From Anaeromyxobacter sp. (GTDB taxonomy: Bacteria; Myxococcota; Myxococcia; Myxococcales; Anaeromyxobacteraceae), in the NCBI GenBank assembly GCA_036390155.1, contig DASWCJ010000251.1:1-58990 (forward strand): a DNA stretch of 58,990 nucleotides, in the 5' to 3' direction. Positions 55,102 through 58,990 of the stretch are shown piece after piece. Under the pieces are notes generated by a model. It was given only the letters and a program-made list of their open reading frames with translations. It did not search any database and was not told the origin of the DNA. The number at the start of each line of letters is the position of its first letter. Position 1 is the stretch's first letter. Both the position numbers and the translations under genes were made by a program.

Positions 55102-56976
55102 GTGATCCTCCTCGAGCTGGCAGCGCAGGGCATCCGGGGCTTCTCGCCCGCCGGTGGGCGGGCGACGCTCCGGCCCGGCTACAACGTCGTCGGCGCCGCC
55201 GACGGGGCGGTCCTGCGCCGCCTCGTCGAGGCGTTGCTCTATCCCGGCCCCAAGGACGGCGACGCGCTCCCGCGCGCCCTGGGCGGGCCTGCGAATGCGC
55301 CGGTCCGCGCCGGCCTCACCGTCGTCGGCAACGACCGGATCACGTACAGGCTCGTGCGCGACTTCGCCGCGGGCGCCCAGCTCCACCGGTTCGATCCCGA
55401 GAAGCGCGCGTTCGCGCCGATCTCGCAGGACCTCGCCGAGATCGCCGCGTTCATGCAGAAGACCGTGGGCGCGCCGAGCCCCGGGAAGCTCCGCACGCTC
55501 CTCGCGCTCTCGGCGGCCGATCTCCCCTCCAAGCAGGGCGGCGCCGGGGTGCTCCCCTCGCCGACCCGCGCCTCGCTGACGCCCGACCAGGCCCGCAAGC
55601 GAGTCGGCGCGCTCCGGGTGGAGCTCGAGAAGGCGCGGGTCGCGGAGACGCTGCAGGCGAAGATCGACGAGCTGCAGAACCGGCAGTTCAAGCTCGAGGA
55701 GGCGTTCCGGGGCGGCGCTTCCTACCAGGCCGAGGTCGACCGCGCCGAGGCGGCGCTCGCGGAGCACGGCCCCGCGCGCGAGCTCCTCTCGCGCCTCGGC
55801 GATCCCGACGCGAAGGTCGCGCTCTACGAGAAGGCCACCGCCCGCAAGGCCGAGGCGGACGAGCGGGTCGCCGCCGAGCGCGCCGCGATCGCTCGCGAGG
55901 AGGCGGCGGAGCCCCCGGTGCCTTTCTGGAAGAACCGGATCTTCTGGGCCTGCGCCGGGAGCGCGCTCGCGCTCCTCGGGTTCGGGATCGTGGGCGGCTT
56001 CTTCCGCAACGAGGTCCGCTACGTCTCGCTCCTCGACGTGGGCGGGTTCGGCTGGGCCGGGTGGCTCGCCCTCCGCTGGATCGGCGGGGAGGAGGCGAAG
56101 GACCGGCTCGCTCGCCGCAAGAAGGTCGTCGACGAGTGGGAGAAGAAGGTGCTCGCCCAGTACAAGCGGGACACGAGGGACGTCATCGACGCCGTGAACG
56201 AGCTGCGCGGCGCGCCCATTCCCGGCGCCACCCGCGTCGGCGTCACGAACACGTCCGAGCTCCGCGACGCGCTCCACGGCGCGCGCGAGGCGCTCGCGCT
56301 CGTCGACGAGGCGAAGAAGCGGCTCGACGACTGGCAGAACTCGACGGAGATCGAGCAGGCGGCCACCGAGAAGGCGCAGGTCGACGAGGCGCTCCGGTCA
56401 CTCGAGGCGAAGCTCTCGGCGGCGGCGGGCGGGTTCGTCCGCGACGTCCGCTCCGTCGAGTCGGAGCTGCAGCGGCTCGAGGCGGAGGCGGCCGCGCCGC
56501 AACCCGTCGCGGCGCCCCCCATGCCGTCGGCGCCCGCGCGCCCCACCGGGGATCCGCTGCGCTCGCTCGTCGAGCGCGCCGCGATCGAGGTCGGCGGGAG
56601 CCCGACCGCCGCGGTCCGCGCCGTCTCGGCGAAGGCGGCTCAGACCCTCGCCGGCCTCTCGTTCAACCGGCTCGGCGGGCTCCAGGTCGACGACCGCGGC
56701 AACCTCCAGGTCCAGAGCGGCGGCCGGCCGGCGCCGCTCGCGAACCTCTCGCCGGCGGACCGGGACCTCGTCTGGATCGCGCTCAAGCTCGCCTTCCTCG
56801 AGCAGGCGGTCGCGGGCGGCAAGGGGTTCGCCCTCTGCGAGGACGCGTTCGGCGGACTCTCCGACGGGACCCGACGCTTCGCGGCGCGGCTCCTGAAGCA
56901 GATCGCGAAGTCCGGGCAGATCGTCCACGCCACGACCGATCCGAGCTTCAAGGAGGCGGCGGATCACGCCGCGTGA
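55102..56976 (+). CDS. SMC/Rad50/YhaN-like coiled-coil membrane protein with degenerate ATPase motifs
   Basis: Head-like N-terminus (GIRGF..LRPGYNVV), coiled coils around two hydrophobic segments, C-terminal LSPAD..LKLA..CEDAF..QIVHAT. Confidence 0.7.
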   Translation: MILLELAAQGIRGFSPAGGRATLRPGYNVVGAADGAVLRRLVEALLYPGPKDGDALPRALGGPANAPVRAGLTVVGNDRITYRLVRDFAAGAQLHRFDPEKRAFAPISQDLAEIAAFMQKTVGAPSPGKLRTLLALSAADLPSKQGGAGVLPSPTRASLTPDQARKRVGALRVELEKARVAETLQAKIDELQNRQFKLEEAFRGGASYQAEVDRAEAALAEHGPARELLSRLGDPDAKVALYEKATARKAEADERVAAERAAIAREEAAEPPVPFWKNRIFWACAGSALALLGFGIVGGFFRNEVRYVSLLDVGGFGWAGWLALRWIGGEEAKDRLARRKKVVDEWEKKVLAQYKRDTRDVIDAVNELRGAPIPGATRVGVTNTSELRDALHGAREALALVDEAKKRLDDWQNSTEIEQAATEKAQVDEALRSLEAKLSAAAGGFVRDVRSVESELQRLEAEAAAPQPVAAPPMPSAPARPTGDPLRSLVERAAIEVGGSPTAAVRAVSAKAAQTLAGLSFNRLGGLQVDDRGNLQVQSGGRPAPLANLSPADRDLVWIALKLAFLEQAVAGGKGFALCEDAFGGLSDGTRRFAARLLKQIAKSGQIVHATTDPSFKEAADHAA

Positions 56977-56979
56977 CCG

Positions 56980-57387
56980 GTGGCCGCCGGCGGCGGGGAC
57001 GCGAGGGACGGCGGGCGCGGCGCACGCGGCCGGGCCGCGGAGGACCTCGCGGCGGCCTTCCTCGAGGCGCAGGGCTACCGGGTGCTGGCGCGGAACCACC
57101 GGCTGCGGCGGGGAGAGGTCGACCTCGTCTGCGAGCGTGGAGAGGTGGTCTGCTTCGTCGAGGTGCGGAGCCGAACCGGCGTCGCGCACGGCGCGCCGGA
57201 GGAGACGGTGGACCGGCGGAAGGCGCGCCGCGTCGTCCTCGCCGCCGAGGACTGGGCCCAGCGGAACGACGTCGCGGGGCGCGACCTCCGCTTCGACGTC
57301 GTGGCCGTGACCTTCGGCGAGGAGCCGCCCCGCGTCGTCCACTTCCCCGCGGCGTTCGACGCGGGCGGCGGCCCGGGGATCTTCTGA
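56980..57387 (+). CDS. yraN: YraN family putative endonuclease
   Basis: GRAAEDLA, RN..GEVDLV, FVEVRSR, RFDVVAV. Confidence 0.92.
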   Translation: MAAGGGDARDGGRGARGRAAEDLAAAFLEAQGYRVLARNHRLRRGEVDLVCERGEVVCFVEVRSRTGVAHGAPEETVDRRKARRVVLAAEDWAQRNDVAGRDLRFDVVAVTFGEEPPRVVHFPAAFDAGGGPGIF

Positions 57388-58247
57388 TGGCGGCGGGCAC
57401 CCTCTACGTCGTGGCGACGCCGATCGGGAACCTCGGCGACCTCTCCCCGCGCGCGGGGGAGGTCCTCCGTGCCGTCCGCGCCGTCGCGGCGGAGGACACC
57501 CGCCGCACCCTCAAGCTCTTCGCGCACCTCGGCGTCGCGGCGCCGCCGCTCCTCTCGCTCCCCGCCTTCGACGAGCGGGGGCGCCTCGGGCCGGTCCTCG
57601 ACCGGCTCCGCGCCGGCGAGGACGTCGCGCTCTGCACCGACGCGGGGACCCCCGGCGTGTCCGACCCGGGCGCCGCGCTCGTCGCCGCAGCCTGGGAGGC
57701 GGGCGTGCGGGTGGTGCCCATCCCGGGACCGAGCGCCGCGCTCGCGGCGCTCGCCGCGTCCGGCTTCCCGGCGGACCGGTTCCTCTTCGCCGGGTTCCTG
57801 CCGCGCAAGGGCGGCGCACGCGCCGAGGCGCTGCGCGCGCTCGCGGCGGCGGGGGCGACGCTCGTGCTCTACGAGGCCGGGAACCGGACCCGCGAGACGC
57901 TCGAGGACCTCTGCGCCGCGCTCGGTGACCGGCCGGCGCTCGTCGGGCGCGAGCTGACGAAGCTCCACGAGGAGCTCGCCCGCGGGCCGCTCTCCACGCT
58001 CGCGGAGCGGTTCGGGGGCGAGGTGCGCGGGGAGGTCACGATCGTGGTCTCCGGGGAGGGGGCCGTGCCGGCCGCGAAGGCCGACGCCGACGCCGAGCCG
58101 CTCGAGGCGGAGCTCTTGCGCCGGCTCGCCGCGGGGGAGCCTCCGTCCGCGATCGCGCGCGAGGTGGCGCGCGCGCGCGGTCTCCGCCGCGCGGACGTGT
58201 ACGCCGAGCTGGAGCGCCTGAAGAAGGGGACCGGCCGAGAGGACTAG
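57387..58247 (+). CDS. rsmI: 16S rRNA (cytidine1402-2'-O)-methyltransferase
   Basis: LYVVATPIGNL, AEDTR, DAGTPGVSDPG, RELTKLHEE. Confidence 0.97.
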   Translation: MAAGTLYVVATPIGNLGDLSPRAGEVLRAVRAVAAEDTRRTLKLFAHLGVAAPPLLSLPAFDERGRLGPVLDRLRAGEDVALCTDAGTPGVSDPGAALVAAAWEAGVRVVPIPGPSAALAALAASGFPADRFLFAGFLPRKGGARAEALRALAAAGATLVLYEAGNRTRETLEDLCAALGDRPALVGRELTKLHEELARGPLSTLAERFGGEVRGEVTIVVSGEGAVPAAKADADAEPLEAELLRRLAAGEPPSAIAREVARARGLRRADVYAELERLKKGTGRED

Positions 58248-58990
58248 AACTGCAGGACGCCCGCGAAGGAGAGCGCGAACAGGCTCACCTCCGAGATCCG
58301 GAAGCGCCGGCCCGGCGCGTCGTAGCGCCAGTCGAAGTTCGCGTTCGTCGGGTCGGACTCGCCGGTGAGCCAGTGCGCCGAGCGCGTCGAGAGGGAGGCC
58401 GACGCCTTCAGGGTCACGTTGCGCGACGCCCTCAGGTACAGGCCGAGGAGCCCGCCGGCCTCTGCGTAGCCGTCCGTCGTGTGGAGCTTGCCGGTCAGGT
58501 CGGTGAGCTCGTTGTAGAAGCGGTGCTTCGTCTTGTAGTCGGCCCACACCCGCAGGTCGATGAGGAGGCTGTCCGCGGGATCCTCGAACGCGATCACCTC
58601 GGCGCCGAACGTCATCCCGACGACCCAGGGGAGCTGGGCGCCGGCGCCGGAGCCCGAGGCCGCGCAGCTCGCGGGCGCGCCGGGGCCGAGCTGGCCGGCC
58701 GCCGCGAGCTGGTCCGCGGCGCTGCAGTTCGAGTACGTGTTCGCCGACCCGTACTGCGCCTGCACATGGGCCTTCACGTAGGGATCGACCGGGCCGATCC
58801 GCCTCGAGAGCGCGGTGTAGAAGTCCCACTTCCAGATCTTCTCGCCGAAGGGGCCCGGCTTGGACGCGTCCGTGTACGGCGAGCTCCAGTAGGTCGCGCC
58901 GGCGGTGGTGAGGCGGTCCTTCGCCGGCTCGTAGAGGGCCGCCGTGGGCATCGTGACGTCGAGCCCGACGTTCCAGGTCGGGCCGGTCGG
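58244..58990 (-). CDS. C-terminal part of a probable outer-membrane beta-barrel protein (truncated by window end)
   Basis: Frame open to the window edge; alternating aromatic strands; terminal ..GVLQF. Confidence 0.65.
   Translation of the reverse strand, partial: PTGPTWNVGLDVTMPTAALYEPAKDRLTTAGATYWSSPYTDASKPGPFGEKIWKWDFYTALSRRIGPVDPYVKAHVQAQYGSANTYSNCSAADQLAAAGQLGPGAPASCAASGSGAGAQLPWVVGMTFGAEVIAFEDPADSLLIDLRVWADYKTKHRFYNELTDLTGKLHTTDGYAEAGGLLGLYLRASRNVTLKASASLSTRSAHWLTGESDPTNANFDWRYDAPGRRFRISEVSLFALSFAGVLQF

Overview
This is a very GC-rich core-genome window, most likely from an Anaeromyxobacter-like myxobacterium (Myxococcota). That assignment is inferred from the Dsg-type IF3, the gene order and the protein style. 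Order of contents: leuA-leuC-leuD-ilvB-ilvN-ilvC; infC-rpmI-rplT-pheS-pheT-(membrane ORF)-ihfA; queD, a divergent folE, an SDR and a GlcD-like oxidase; two tandem 2-oxoacid:ferredoxin oxidoreductase operons; envelope, nucleotide-sugar and stress genes; the str, S10, spc and alpha ribosomal cluster (no rplC, no infA); a TMTC-like glycosyltransferase next to a degenerate PAP2 protein; and rpsP-khpA-rimM-trmD-rplS-(SMC-like pseudo-ATPase)-yraN-rsmI. I found no CRISPR array, tRNA, rRNA, transposase or prophage. The best leads are non-coding or degenerate-enzyme signals: (1) a Leu-Leu leader peptide with mutually exclusive helices upstream of leuA; (2) three related hexamer-repeat elements all ending in GTCCAAGT, one read in frame inside folE; (3) a pterin-type operon whose FolE has altered active-site residues; (4) a membrane-anchored SMC/Rad50-like protein lacking ATPase motifs; (5) structured ribosomal-operon leaders and a boxA-like site. 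All calls come from reading the sequence by eye; no searches or folding programs were run.
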